From contig MCFH01000002.1 of the NCBI GenBank assembly GCA_002104945.1, forward strand, positions 1-64,000: a DNA stretch of 64,000 nt. The letters run 5' to 3'. The DNA comes from Piromyces finnis finn. Its lineage: Eukaryota > Fungi > Neocallimastigomycota. Shown piece after piece: positions 28,105 through 43,632 of this stretch (positions are counted from its first letter, which is position 1; each line of letters opens with the position of its first letter). The translations under genes and the position numbers were made by a program. The notes under the pieces are model-generated. The model was not told the origin of the DNA and did not search any database. It saw only the letters and a program-made list of their open reading frames with translations.

Positions 28105-31100
28105 CCTTGATAAACACTAGTTAATACCCATTGACAAAAAGTTTTTAGAGAAAGTGATCGACCCTTTAATAACTCTTTATATAATTCTGGATAGAGTTTA
28201 GCAACATCTCTACTAACATCTTGATTTAATACTAATGAAAAGATTGGACCACTTGTAAAGAAAGTAGCATAACCAACAAGTAATAAACCTTGATATAAAG
28301 CAATAGGAGCAAAGTAGAACATTGCTGAAAAAACAAATTGGATAAAAGAAATAATTAATCCTCTGTGAATAATAAATTGAGATAAGATAGCAGAACGTTT
28401 ATCTATAATTATACAAAAAAATTATATAAATAAATGTAAAAGATATGTTATATTAATTATTTTTTAAGTTTATTAATATAATTTATGATATATTTTTATA
28501 AATTGTTTATATTTTCTATTATATAAATTTACTTACAACTATTTCTTCCATGCCATAATAAGAGATCAGATAAATAACTAAATTGATTGATAGAAAAATC
28601 TGCAGCCAATGATGCTTGTTTACCTTCTTTTCCTACAATACCAACACCTACATCTGCGGCTTGAATCATACTTACATCATTACCACCATCACCAATTGCA
28701 CAAACGATAGATTTCGTATACTCTTTAATTAATTTAGTAATTTCAGCTTTTTGGGTTGGAGAACATCGACAACAAATAACAGTTGGTAATTTTAATGCAA
28801 CAGATATAAAAAGTTCTTTCTCAAATATTAAACAATTCTATTTTATATTACATAGTTTATATACATTAATATTTTTTAAAAAGGATTTATATATTCTTGA
28901 TCAAAGATATAAATATATAATCTACCTTTAAGGTTTCACCATCAATAACTAAACATGAATCATTACTTGCTTCTAATATTTCTAATTTATCTCTAATTTC
29001 ATTTCTATCAATTACTATATTTATATTTAATAATGATAAGAATTAATGGACAATTAAACATTTATATATTCTAATATATGAATATAATTTTTTTTAAATA
29101 TTTTTACATTTAGCCATTATTGAATAAGTTTGATTTCTTGAAATTAATCTTGAGGAAATACCAATACAACAAGCTGTTTCAACTTTATCTCCTGTTAACA
29201 TCCATATATTAATACCAGCATTTCTTAAAAGTTCTAATGTTGAACTAACATCATCTTGTAATTTATCTTCAACACCAGTGATACCTAATAACTCCAAATC
29301 ATTTTCAAGATATTTTGTTACTACACTTTGCATAGCTTCATTTCTATTATTGATATTAATTTTTGCATTATTATATCTATGTTTATTAAGTTTATATATT
29401 ATTAGATATATAAATATAAATAATTAATTTATATATATTTATAAAAATTATAATTAATTATAAATTTAAATATTTATATTACTCATTTATGAATTTTTCA
29501 TAAAATTGTTCTGATAACTTCTTTTTTCCAATAACAAGAGTACGTAAACCTTCACGAGCCATATTTCCACATTCTTCATCCAACCTAAATATAATAAATA
29601 ATTTTTACTGTTAATAAGTATTTAAGATATCTAATAGTGAGAAGTTCTCATTTATCTTCCTTTCTTACCAATCATTATATTGAACAATTTTGGACATGAC
29701 AACATCAGCACCTTTCATATAGAAAGTAATTTTATGGTTCTTAATATTACGAACAATTATTCCCATTCGTTTAGTTTCACTTGTAAATGGGAAAATTTCT
29801 AAAATTTCATATTCGATAGTATTATTATTTTTGTTGAGAGGATCAGGGAATTGAAGTTTCATTATGTTAATATCACGATATATTAAAGTAATCCCAACAC
29901 TTTCACACCACTTCAAAATTGCAATTTCATCAGGTGAAGAAGCCTGATATGTTATTTTTCCATTTTCTGAGATTATCGGCGAAACATTATGACATAATGC
30001 TAATGATATTACTACGTCATGAATACGACTTGTCATATTTTTTAATTGTTTATATTTATATGCAACTTTTTCATCTAATATTATATATAATATTATTTAT
30101 ATTATTTTTTTATGATACCATAAAGTTCAGAAATTAGTTAAAATATATTTAATTCGCAATAATAAATTAAATGGATATTTTAATGAAATTGCTTTAAAAT
30201 TTTTGTCACTAATAATACCTTTATTTAAAGTATAATATTGAATTATTTGTTCTTTAATTTCATTAAATGTATCAAAGGAATAAGAAACTCTACCCAAATG
30301 AATACGTTTTAATATCATTTCTATTTTTAATTTAATTTTATTATTATTATTAAAAATTAAAATAATTATTAATTACTAAATTGTATTTTCTTAGTATATT
30401 TTATTTCTTATTAATTTCTTTCTTTTTTTTTTCTTTGTCGATATTTTTATTTTTGTTCTTGCTTTAACTTTTAATTACCATTTTTTGTTAATGTCCCTGT
30501 TTTATCACTTAAAAGATATTCTACACGACCAAGTTCTTCAGGAATAGTACTAGTACGTACCATTGTTCCAGGTATTTCTTTATCATGCTCAATTTCATAA
30601 CTATAATATGTTTTGGCTAAATCTAAATTTATACGAAGACTTTATTAAAAATATTTGTATATATTGAAATGTAAAACAATTAAAATAAATTTAAATATCT
30701 ATAATGTTTATCTCGTTTTCCCTCTTTCTATTTAATAGCTATTAAATAATAATTTGTATTAATTTATAATATATTATTATTTTATACAAACCTTATTGGA
30801 ATAATAGAAGAAAAGATGATCATAAAGCGGAAGAAAGAAACATACCAAAGACCACGGAATTGATTTAATGCTACTAAAATAAATGATAACAACAGTGTAA
30901 TTATCATTAAGATTTTGGTTAATCTGTTAATTTCCCAATCAACAGAACCAACTTTGGTATTTGGCTTACTAATGTTCATCACAGAACGATTATCTTTACC
31001 ACTATAAATTACTAATCCTATAGAAGTACCTTGCGCAACAACACAATTTGCCCATAATGTATTTTCCACTTCTAATGGAATTGTTGTTTCTATTTCCTGT

Positions 31101-32667
31101 TTTTTAATTATAATAAAATAAGATGAAAAATATTAATTAATACATTTTGAAAGTTTATAAAAAAATATTTAATTAAATTACTTACTTCTGGATTCTCAGG
31201 GAAATAAGTAAAAGTACCAACAAATTTATGAATATCTTTTTGTGGTTTTTCAGCTATTTATAATTAATAATATATATATATATTAAATTTATAAATATTT
31301 TTATTTATTATTGGAATTATTATTAATATTATTAATATTAATATTGTTAGTACAATAAACTTGGGCATTCATATATGCTAATGATTCATCTGACGGTAAT
31401 TTTTGAGTAATTGGTACAGCCAATCTTATATTTTGTTTATTTTTAAAATTAATTAAAATATTACAGATATAGATAAATAAATATTATAATAATATTTTTG
31501 TTATAGGTATTTAAAGTTTTTACCTTAATTTCCAATCAGTTTCTCCATCTAATTGATCAGTACGAATAAAACAAGATCCTGTATCTTCTGAGGTTCTTAA
31601 AAGAATCATATCAGTTGGAATCTTTTAATAAATTAAAATTAAAGAAATTATTTTTAATAAGAATATTTATCTGTTTATCTTTTTTATAATAATAATAATA
31701 TTGGTAGTAGTAATAGCATAAATAATTAAAATAAAGTATTTACTCTTTGATTGCAATTAATTTTAATAAGATCACCAACTTTAATCTTTGAACTTGGTAT
31801 ATCTATTAATCCATTCTTAGTTAACTTTTGATATTTTTGATTATTAATTTCTTTATCTCTCTTATGACGTTGAATATCATCATAAGCTTCTTTGCTAATA
31901 GTAACTGCTAATACACAAGATAGAGGTCCATAGAATGTAATTAAATAACCTACAATATTTTTTAAGTAATTTTTACATTAATTTAAACTTTCTAAAAGTA
32001 TAAGCTATATCAAATTCTATAAATATTTAAAAATATGGAAGATAATTTAATAAAAAGATATGTTACCAATTCTTAATACAGGGAATATCTGAGATAAAGC
32101 AACCAATAGAAAGTACAAATTCATGAAGAATTTAAACTTATATATTATAAAACATTGTTTAATAAATTAATATTATATTAATATACCAATATTAAAATTA
32201 ATTATTGTATTTACTTGTTCATATAAAACAACTGGAAAGAAAGAAAATATTGAATATTTTTGATTTCTAACAATATTTGGAGGAAATTTATTTCCATTTT
32301 TACTGTTATCTATATAATCATTATAAATAATTAAAAATAAGAAAAAAAATTTTTAATTATAAATTTTAAAACATAATTATCTCATATCAATTGTTAAAAT
32401 ACCAGGTAAATTAATAACACGGGCTTTCCCTTGATTTGAATTTGAAATTGAAAATAGTTTGACCAATGCTCTTAATTTATCTTTTATAGCATAAAATGAT
32501 CCCCCTCTTCTTTTATGTCTCTGAATGAATAATTATTCATAGTTAAATATAGTAATTGTTATTAAGAAACATTTATTATTTTTTTATATATATTAATAAC
32601 TTACTAATGGTACATTATCTCCGGGTCCTTTTGGTAATAAAGGTAATTCAACTTCTATATCAGACAT
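27396..32667 (-). CDS. NEO1: P4-ATPase phospholipid flippase, Neo1/ATP9 subfamily, many introns
   Basis: Motifs [19 protein letters not shown] (~30490-30513), ASSPDE, MLTGDK and [24 protein letters not shown]. The C-terminus is [14 protein letters not shown]. The first exon is [11 protein letters not shown] (ATG at 32667). Confidence 0.93.
28030..28102. repeat. (TAT)n trinucleotide microsatellite inside a NEO1 intron
   Basis: About 24 uninterrupted TAT/ATT units. Confidence 0.9.
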
Positions 32668-35053
32668 TTTTTATATTTCAAATTATATTGAATTTGAACT
32701 CTTCAAATATTATAAAAATTTTCTTTTTCTTTTTTATAATATTATTATTTTATTATATTATTTTATTATGATTGTTTATTTTATATTATTAAAAATTTAT
32801 TTTTTTAATAAAAAATTATTATTTAATAATTCTATCAAATTTATTATTTAAACTTTTAGTTTAATAAAAAGGTATCTAATATCTCTCTTTTATAGATAAT
32901 ATTAGCATTTTATATAATATACATTATATCATTAATTAATAAAATAACAATATTTATATAGAGGGAAACATTAATAATTTTATTTTTTAAAAAATAATTT
33001 TAATAATAAATTAAATAAATTGTTTTATACATTTCTTATTTTATTATGTAAAACAAGCGATGACAGATATTGTATTCTAGTTATTTATTCAAAAATAAAA
33101 TAAAAAAATTAATATTGAATAAGAAATTTAAAATAGGGAATTTGGAATTGTAAAATATTACATATACTAATTTATTATAATAATTGTTTTATATCTTAAA
33201 TAAATTACAATAAATTGAAAAATAAGAATACTTAAGATATTATAAAATCTTTAATCTTTAATAATGTTATAATAAAAAATATATATCAATATTGATAAAG
33301 GTATAATTTATATATATAATTATAATTAATAATTAATAATGCTAAAAATTAATATTGTTACTATATCCCATTTATTAGCATTTATTATTATTATTATTTA
33401 GTGAATTATTTAATTATTGATTCAAATAAGTCTAAAATAAAGGTACTATTTATATTTTTGATATATATTATTCAAAATTATGCTTTATTAAATCTTTTTA
33501 ATTGTTTATTTCTGTTTTAATGTAACAATTATATACTTACAAAATTAGTTGATAAACAAAACAAAAACAAGGCTAATTTTTCATTTTATAAATTGTAATT
33601 CTCGATTTTATAATTTTTATATTGTTATTATTATTATTATTTTGTTATTATTCTGTTATTATTATTATTGTAATTGCTATTGTATTGTTATTTATTTTAA
33701 AGTTTTATCATTCAATAATATATTTCATATTTCATGCAATTTATTTCTGTATGTTTTTTTTTTGGTTTATTAAAATATCTTTCTTCTTTTTCTTATTTAT
33801 TTTCTTTATTTTTCTTTTCCCGTTTTTATTTTTTAATAAAAAGTTTCGATTATTTTTTTTTATATAAAATAATAAAAATCCCAATTTCTTAACCGAAACT
33901 TTCAATTTTTTCGTTTAAAAGTGAATTTTTAAAAAAAATTTTTTTTTATCAAAAATTTTAAATTTTTAATTAATTTTTAATATTTTGTGTTTTAGATATA
34001 ATTTCTTATAAAGATTGAATTTTATTTTATTATATTATTATTTTTTTTTTTTTTTTAAAAAAAAAAAAAATATTGAATACTTTTATTTTAATTAAAAATT
34101 ATTGGAAGAAATCATTAAAAATTAATCCATTAAACATAAATTATATATTTTTACATTATATATAATATCTAAATAAATATTTTTTAAAAAAAAACAAAAA
34201 CAAATATAATAAATATAATGTATATAATAAATTACAATTGTTATATTTATTTTTGTTTTTGTTTTTTTTTTTTTAGTTTTTGTTTTTATGTTTTTATGTT
34301 TTTGATTTTCGGTTTAATACATACAAAAAATATATATATTAACTATATTTTATATTTTTTAAATCTCTAATTTTAATAAATATGAAAAAATGATTGATAA
34401 ATATATTAAAATTAATTTAATTTTTTAATCATAATTTTAAAAATTCTTATTAAAAAATAATGAAAATTTCATAGAAAATATAATACAAATAATAATCACA
34501 TCAAACTAAATTGGATTAAAAAAAATAATAAATATCTCTTTTAATAATAAAATGAATAAAAAGTAATTTATTTATTAAAGATAAATACTTCCAAATATTA
34601 AGTATATTAATTTTAATATTCCATAGGAATATTAGGTTTATATTAATGTTCAATAAATTAATTATGAAATAATATTTCTTTAAATAAAAATATATAATAC
34701 TCTTTAAAATAATTAGAAAGTCTTAATACGAACTCAATTTGAAATAGATTTATATTTTTTCAATAATTAATTGTAAAAGATTTTAAACATAATATATTTA
34801 AATATTATTTTCTTTATTAAATTTATTTTGTAATAATACATTTATTATTTAATAGAAAAAAATCATTTCCTTAAATAATTTATAAAATTCAATATTAAAT
34901 ATAAATGAATCTTTAGAACGTACATTAAATAATTAATATAAATTATTATTATATTCTTTAATAAGTTATTTCAATTTATAATAACTATTAATATTAATTT
35001 AAATTAATGATAGTTATTTTTCAAATAAATATTAATTGAATATATATCGAAAT

Positions 35054-38000
35054 ATGAATACATCAAATAAAATTAAAATTACATATGGTTCAAATAGTGG
35101 ACGCCGTTATAAAAGTTCACGAATAAAAAATAGTATTTTACCAAGTCTGCCAATTATTCCAACAAAAAATAAAAGCATTAACGACACACAAATTAAAAAA
35201 GATATATTTGATTTCAATCCGGATCATGATGACTTTGAATATAAACAACTTAATCGTCAGAAACAACGTATGGGCATTTCTATTGGTAAAGGTTTGACAG
35301 TAATTAAAAAACAACAAAATACTTCCATTATGAAGGAATCATCTTCAGGAATGGATATTACTTCACCTGTGACAATATCAAAAATTACAATTGAAAATAT
35401 ACCAAAAAAAACATCTTCATTTCGTACATATCAAAGAAAAGCAAAAGATAAAAGGAAAAAAAAGGAAAAAGACGAAATTATAAATTTAGTTGATGAAGAA
35501 AAATCAAATAAAAAGAGAATAGATATAAAAAGTAATAAAGATAGTGTGAAAAGGAAAATGTTAATAACAAAAAATAACAATATTAATAATAATTGTAATA
35601 ATAGTAATAATAATTCGGAAACAGAAAATGAATCAAAAATATCAAAAACAAAACATGAACGTTCAAATACACTTGATTCTATAATATCATCATCTTCATT
35701 AACTTCACTATCTTCTCTTCCATCAGTATATTCATCACCACCATCATCACCTGAAATTATTGAAATTATAGATAATTCTACTCAGAATAATAATCAGAAA
35801 AATAAAAAACAAAAGAAAAAAGAACTAGAAGTTATTGAAATATTTTCTGATAGTGAAAAAAATCCATTTAATATATCTAAAGTAACATATAAAACAAATA
35901 CTAATAAGGATGATGATGATGATGTAATTATTATTGATGATTCAAAAGCAAAAACTATTTCAAGAAATTATTCTATAATACATAATAAAACATCATATAT
36001 GAAAAAAACAATAAACCTTAGTGATTATAATAGAATAAAACGACAGAAAATAGCTCAAATAATATCCCGAAATAAATCGAATTCCCATCCTATTTCATCA
36101 AATTTTCATAACTATTCTATTCGTAGCATAATAAATAATCATAATAATAAAAGTTTTGAAATTAATGACTTTTCTCAATTTAATGATACCTTGTTTGATT
36201 TAGAGGTAATTATACGTTCTTTAATAATTATTATTAAATATATATAAAATTATCAAATTTTCATAAATTTCAAAATAAAGAAAAACTCCTTTTATAAATA
36301 TAAATATTAATATATTTAATAATCTTTTATAAGAGTAATAATTATAAAATGGAAGAATTAGAAGATACTTTTGCTTCATCTACCCTTCCAAAGATACCCA
36401 GAACCTCTAGTTCAACTTTAGTTAATGAAGTTAACGATTCATCTTTAACATTAGATTCTCATCTATCAGAAAATGAAGATCATCATTCTACACCTTCTTT
36501 CCGACCTTCAATTCCTTCTATTAATAAATCTCAGTCATTAAGTCATTTACTTGATAGTCGCGTGGGGAGAATGAAAGGTTCACATTTAAAAAAATCTAAA
36601 TCTTTTGGAAATATCTATGATTTTGGAATAAGGCATGAAGAAAACAATTCATCATTACCATCAAATCATGTATTAAAAATGGGAAAGTCCGAAACCACTG
36701 AAAATGAAAATGATCAAATTAGTATAAATAGCACCGGTTCATTAAAAAGGAGCATTTCTTCCTTAAGCTATTTTAGTGAAATCAGTAATAATAATAAAGA
36801 AAAAGGTAATGATTATTAATATTATAAGTATAATTCTTGAATAATTAATAAATGAAGTTTTATAGTAATATATTTCATATAATATTTAATTTAATTAAAT
36901 TTAATTCTAATAAATTATATAATTTTAATTTTTCTTTTATATTATTATATTCAGTTATTAATTCAGAAATTAAATTATTAGATGGAAGTAGTGTCAGTGT
37001 ACCTATTCTTTTCTTTAAGAAAAAAAGAAAAAGATTGGGAAATGATACAGATATTGCTTCATTAACTGGAATTGATGAAGGAGAAAATAAAAGTAATCAT
37101 TTTTATCGTAAAACTTATCAAAATATAGGTAGTCTTGTTAAAAATGATGATTCGTATGAAGAACCATATGTAGCTATGAGTAAAATGTTTGATGATTCAG
37201 AGGAAAGTGAAGAAGAGGATATTGATTCAAAGGTAGATTATTAATTATAAATTAATAAATTAAAGTAGTAATCTTTAATGATATATGTATTGTTTATATA
37301 TTTTCCATTTATTTAATTAATTTTTACTTATCGAATTTTCAATATTTTAAAATGATAATCGATAATTAAAACTATAAGAACAAAAACAAAAAGGTAAAAT
37401 CGATGTTTGAATTAAAAGAATTAGGTGAAAACAAAAAATTTAAAGATGAAATTGATTATTTATTGGATGGTTTGACTGAAAATCAAACGACTACTACAAA
37501 AAGATTAAGGTAAAAAGAGACATTCTTTTAATAAGAATAATAAATATTTTACATTTTATAATAATAAGAAGAAAAAGAGGAATATGTCGATTTACTAAAT
37601 TTTTTTTTATAGTTGTATTGATTTATGTAAAAAATTATCAGAAAGTGACTTTATTTTGAATTTACGTGCCTATGGTTTTATCCCTCAACTATATAAGATT
37701 CTTTCAAAAGAAAAGGATAAAGTATGTTTTAAATCTATTTATCTAATAAATAGAAAAAGAGAATATTATTAAGATTTTATCTTCACAATCAACCTAAAAA
37801 ATTACATATTAACTTTTTTTATTTTTTATGTAAGATCATACAACTATGTCTATTATATTTTATATATACATTGTTTCAAGATGATGGTAGTCTGGATATC
37901 ATTATACAGGAAGACAATTGCCTTCCCCTACTCGTTAAATTTTTAAGAATCAAAGATGATTATATTAATATTGAAAAATTGAAAAGTACAAAAGAAAAGA

Positions 38001-39382
38001 TTTGCTTGAAAGAAATCAAAAAAGTTATAGAAGAATCTAAACATTTTGAAAATACTAATATTTCTTTTCAATTAATATCCATTAAATGCTTTATTCAACT
38101 TCTTAATCCTTCCTCGACAGTAGATGTAAAAAATGAATTAAAGAAGATGCTTTTTGATAATGATTTTTCAAATGATAAAATTTTATTATCTCCAAGTGTA
38201 AAATCATCTTTTTCTTGCATTGATATAATATCAAATCGATTAAAATTATATACCAACTTTTTACAAAAAGATTATCAGCAATGGAAAATTAATGTTGAAT
38301 CACAAAAAAAGAATATTCCTTTTGATATTAATATTGAGTACTTAAATAATGTATGTTTTTGTTTAAAATTTTTTGAATTATTAAATAAAGAAAATGACCT
38401 GGAATTATCATTATCTACCAAATCCAAAATATCTACTTATATTCTTCAACTTCTTACAAATTTTGTTGGAATAATTTATAATAATCATAAAGATATAAAA
38501 GAATGTTATCATCAAATCTTGTTAAACTGTATTAATGTATTGATTAATTTTTTCAATGAATCTAAAGAAATTGAACAATTTACTAAGACTGATCTAAATG
38601 ATGTTTCATCTCAACAAAATATTATCACGGAGGAACAATATGATGAATTATTTAAAGTGCTATTAGTATTTATTGATCAATTTTCACCATTGTCAAAAGA
38701 AAATCATCAAACCAAACTTCAAGATATTTTTTTATTAATAATTGGGTTGTTAATCAATATTTCAGAAAATAATGAACATTGTCGTATATTACTAGCAAAG
38801 CAACAAATCGGTAAAGCCTGTAGTTATCAATCTAATTCAAAAAAGAATTCTTGGGTTCCTTGCAGATTTGGATGCATTTGTCCTGATAAAGATAAAAAAG
38901 GTTTCCTTGAAATTATAGTAGAAATTTATAGCAACATTGTAAAAACAGAAAACTACATATTAGCATCCTATCTAGCTATTTTAATTGGATTTCTTTGTTT
39001 ACATCCAGATAATAAGGTTATTGTAAAACAATATTTGTTTGAAAATTCTTTTTCAACAATAATCCAAATCTTAGAACAATTCCTCCAATTGAATACTCTT
39101 TCAAATGAATTTGTATCACCAACCATGGAATTAAATCCAAATGCACTAATTAATGCTAATAGTAATGAATATAATCTTGATCCAGGAGATTTAAATTCAG
39201 CATCAATGATTGATTTCACTTCATCTTTAGCCTTACCAATTGAGAATTCTGGCTCTAATCTTGATATTGGATTAATTAATGGTCTTTCTCTGCCATCATC
39301 GCTCTCTTCAAAAAGAGAATATCAACAAGATACCACAACAGAAAGTTTCTTAAAAATTATAGAAGTTTTAAAACAGCCATAG
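35054..39382 (+). CDS. WAPL: WAPL (wings apart-like/Rad61) cohesin-release factor
   Basis: Six exons (35054-36205, 36334-36805, 36955-37232, ~37379-37509, 37613-37722, 37836-39382). A disordered N-terminus is followed by ELKELGENKKFKDEIDYLLDGL, LSCIDLCKK..F..NLRAYG, GLLINISENN and ASYLAILIGFL, typical of the WAPL HEAT-like domain. Confidence 0.85.
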
Positions 39383-40789
39383 GGATTTTATTACAACAAT
39401 AGTTGTTCATTTTAATAAAAAAGTTTTTTTATAATTTTTCAATTTTTATATAATATTATTATATTATATATTATATAATGTGTTTATTATATATTATTTT
39501 ATTATTAAAACATAATTCCACCATCTCATTAATCCTTTAATTATATAATTTTTTCTTATAAGTATTTTTTCTTTTTTTTATAATTATATCACTGATAAAA
39601 GATATATAAATATATTAAATTTAATCATATATTATCTCAATACTTTATACTTAAAACTTTATGATAATTTTTCATTAAAAAATTATGTAGTACAAACGAT
39701 TATAAAGAATAACGTGAATATCATGTGAATATATAGATTTTATTTTTACCTGGATAATTAAAATTAAATATATAAATTAAGTGTTATGAAATTTCGATTT
39801 AATCTCTATTTAATTAAAAAGTAGATAAATATAGGTTATAATTATAATTTTATAACTATGATATTAATATGTAAAATATGTAACATTAGTTTTATATAAT
39901 TATAGTCTCTTTTTTTCATAGTTCTAAAAAATCAAATAAATTCATAATTTAATTGGAATATAATAAATTAAACTATTAAAAATTTAATTTAAATAAAATA
40001 TATTATTAATATATAATAATATATACTGTTAAATTAATTACAATTTAAAAATAAAAATAGTAACAAATACAGAAATAAGGCTAGAATAGAATAAAATAAT
40101 TAATGAAAGTAAATATAAAAATAAAAACATAAAATTATTATTAAAACATTATATAAATAAAAAGTATTACCAAAAAATTTTTTTCTTAAATAAATATTAA
40201 AAATTAAAAAATTAAAAAGAAAGAATTAAAAAGTAAATAGAATCATTAACTTTAAAAACAAAACAAAAAAAAAAAATACAAACGGTAATTAAAAGAAAAA
40301 AAAATGAAGTATATATATTTAAATAGTTAATAGAAAATATTAATTATTATTGTTGTAATTATTTTATATTTTATAATTAATATGGACTGTCCGACCAACT
40401 GAACATTTAACTGAACATTTTAAACCCAACATAATTATAATACATTACTTTGTTTTTCTATTATAAAAAATAAAATATAAAATATGATGTATTTCGGAAT
40501 ATATAAAAATTTAATAATTCAATTTTTATAATAATCAAAATTTTAGGCAAATAAATAATAATTATTTAATTTTAAAATAAAAATAAAAGTTAATTTTAAA
40601 TAACAATTATAAAGCAAATTGATAATTTAACTTTTATTTTTATTTATCTTTAAATATATTGCATAAATTAAAAAAAAAAAAATAGAAAGATTTTAAATAA
40701 AAAAAATTCATAAAATTAAATTTTAAAATATATAAAACATCCAACATAATAACTCAATATTTATATTAAATAAAAACAACTAAATAAAA

Positions 40790-41835
40790 ATGTCTTCTCG
40801 CTACGTTCCAAAATCAAGAAGAAATCAAAATCCAACCAATGATAACAACGGTTACGGAGGAAATGACAATTGGAATTATGGTAACCGTAATAATAATTAT
40901 GATAATTACAATCAAAATCAATTCAGAAATCCAGAAGAAGAAAGTAGATATTATCAAGAACAAACTGACTCTGTTATGAATGATACTCTTGCTACCAGTC
41001 GTAACATTTTAAAGAAACTCGATCAAACCGAACAAATTGGTGTTCAAAATATGAATTTACTCGCTGAAAGTGATGGTAATATTATAATATTATATTTATA
41101 CTTAATATTATTTAAAGTGAAACTTTAAAATTATCAAAATTAATAGAAGATAGTGATAAAAACTAAAATAATAATTATAATCAAATAATAATTCTATATT
41201 TATCTTTACTAAATAAATAAAATATAATATCAAAAAATAAACTTTATTAAATATTAATAAATCAAAAAATAGAAAGATTACATAATATTCATGCCAAAGC
41301 TAAGAATATTAACGATAAAACTGATAGAGCTAACCAACACGCCACTGAATTAAAGAAATATAATAGAGCTTTCTTCTTACCAGTATTTAATTTCACTTCA
41401 AAAAAGAGAAAGGAAAAGAAGGAACAAAAATTAAATGATAAAATGAAGCGTCGTGAAGAAGAAGCAATAGATAGAAGTGCTCAAAATAGACAAAGAATTG
41501 AACAAGAACTTCAATATGCTCAAAATTACAATGGTGGACCAATTAATACTGATGATGGTAAAAAAAGAAAGGGAAAGAAGGGAGATCAAACACCACCACA
41601 ATCTGCTCAAGGTAGATTATATAGTTATAATAGAGATCATGCTGCAGCTCAAGAAATAGAAGAAAACTTAGATAAAGCTTCAATCGGTGTTCAAAGGTTA
41701 AAGCTTATGGCTCTCTCTATGAACAAAACTATCGACCAACAAAATGAATTTATATCTAACGAATTGGCTCCAGCTGTTGAAACTGCCAATAGTAAAATTA
41801 ATTATGCTAATAGAAGAATTGAAAAATTCAAATAA
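40790..41835 (+). CDS. SEC9: Sec9/SNAP-25-like Qbc t-SNARE
   Basis: Two exons (40790-41074, 41273-41835). There are two SNARE-like heptad regions (SRNILKKLDQTEQIG..; IEENLDKAS..LKLMALSMNKTIDQQN), no transmembrane anchor, and an Asn/Tyr-rich N-terminus. Confidence 0.82.
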
Positions 41836-42810
41836 ATTGATGTTATATAAGAATAATATATATATATAATATATATATATAGATAATAGATTGAAATATC
41901 ATTTTAAAATATTAGAAAAAAGATATATTAATTAATAATATAGAATTAAAAAAAAAAAAAAAAGGAAAAATATATAATATATTGAATTAATAAAACTAAA
42001 AATCTGATTTTGATTGTATTATTTATGTTTTATAAAAACTTGTAATTTTATTTAAAATTATTGAAAATAAAAATAAAATTAAAAATATTAAAAAATATAA
42101 AATTTTTATGTATATTAATGAAAATATCTTGAGGATAATAATTTATTGAACTTTTGTATAACATTTTAAATGGTAATTTATCTAAACTATTGTTTATGCC
42201 ATTTTAAATTAACTTATCTTATTATTATATATACCTCAATCTAATAATATAAATTATTATAATATAACATATGGAAATAATAAGAGTATAAATAATTTTC
42301 TTATATATAAATAACATTGTTCTATGTTATTTTGCATAAATAATTTCAATGTTGGATGATATTGACTTATATAATCATATAGAAATATTATAATATTATA
42401 AATGTTTAATTAAATATATATTTTTTTTTGTAAATTATTTACCAAAAATAATTTCAAATATATATATTATATATTCTATAAAAAATTGTATTCAGTATTA
42501 TAAAAGAATATTTTATTATTAATATTTTATATTATTTATAAAAATATTTAAAATAATGAATATTTTAATAAATTTTTAAAAAATTAAAGAAATATTGTGT
42601 TTTTATAATTTTAATTAATAATTTTTCTATTATTTTAAATACTATTTTATTTATTATTTTATATATTATTTTTTTGAAAAAGTTTAATAGTAATTTCATA
42701 TGAGTTTTTTTCTCTTTTGTTGATTGAATATGAACATTTGGAATAATAATATCTACAATATGAAGATTTGAATAATTAGTATTAATGCAAATAACAATAA
42801 AATTTTTATA

Positions 42811-43632
42811 TTACTTCGTACCAGTTGAGTTAAATTCATTTACATTTTTTTCATATAATACTCTTCCATTAATTTTTATTTCTATTAATTGATTTGATTG
42901 ATATTTTTTTATTTGTATAAAATAACTTTCATTTACACATTTGGGATTATTATTGATGTCATTTCGAGTAATACATATATTCTGAGAATTTATATCAATA
43001 TTATCAGGTACAATTATATTTTGTAAATATTTATCATTATTATTTATTAAATCTTTTCTATAACTTATATTATCTTCTTTAGATTTTATATAATTTTTAT
43101 TTATATATTTCTTCTCTTTGTTTATCATCATATTATAATCATAATTAGTATCATTCTGAAAAAAATGATTTCGACTTTTATTATTATATTTCAAATCTAT
43201 TGTTTTAATATCATCACCTCTTATTTTTGTTAAATCAATAATATCATTTCCATATGAAATTATATTTTCATTTTTTTCTTCTTTGATATTATTATTAACT
43301 ACTATATTTGCTTTTTCATTTTTTCCGGTTTTTATTCTAGAATCTAATATTAATGTATTTTCTTTTTCTAGATATTCATTCTCAATATTATGATTTTTTA
43401 TATTTGATGAACTATTTACATTATTTTTTTTCTTAGATTTATCCCTTTTTATAAGATTATTATTTAATTCCCCTTTTATTAGAGTATTATTTTTCATATT
43501 TTCATCTGAATTATTATGATGATGATGATTTTTATTTTGAATTTTTATTATTTCTTTTCCATTGTTTATAATATTGTTTGTTTTAATATTGTTTTTATAA
43601 TCATCTATTAAGATAATAAAATATATTATCAT
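42811..43632 (-). CDS. Asn/Lys-rich hypothetical protein, probably an internal exon of a spliced gene
   Basis: An 820-bp open frame is bounded by a plausible acceptor (taatag| near 43606) and donor (g|gtacga near 42821). A phase-compatible downstream exon starts at 42752. No recognisable domain. Confidence 0.4.
   Translation of the reverse strand: MIIYFIILIDDYKNNIKTNNIINNGKEIIKIQNKNHHHHNNSDENMKNNTLIKGELNNNLIKRDKSKKKNNVNSSSNIKNHNIENEYLEKENTLILDSRIKTGKNEKANIVVNNNIKEEKNENIISYGNDIIDLTKIRGDDIKTIDLKYNNKSRNHFFQNDTNYDYNMMINKEKKYINKNYIKSKEDNISYRKDLINNNDKYLQNIIVPDNIDINSQNICITRNDINNNPKCVNESYFIQIKKYQSNQLIEIKINGRVLYEKNVNEFNSTGTK

Noticed and set aside
32556-33867. Short I/L/F/Y-rich ORFs upstream of NEO1
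   Set aside because: These are low-complexity A/T sequence. Only 32605-32667 on the minus strand is coding (NEO1 exon 1).
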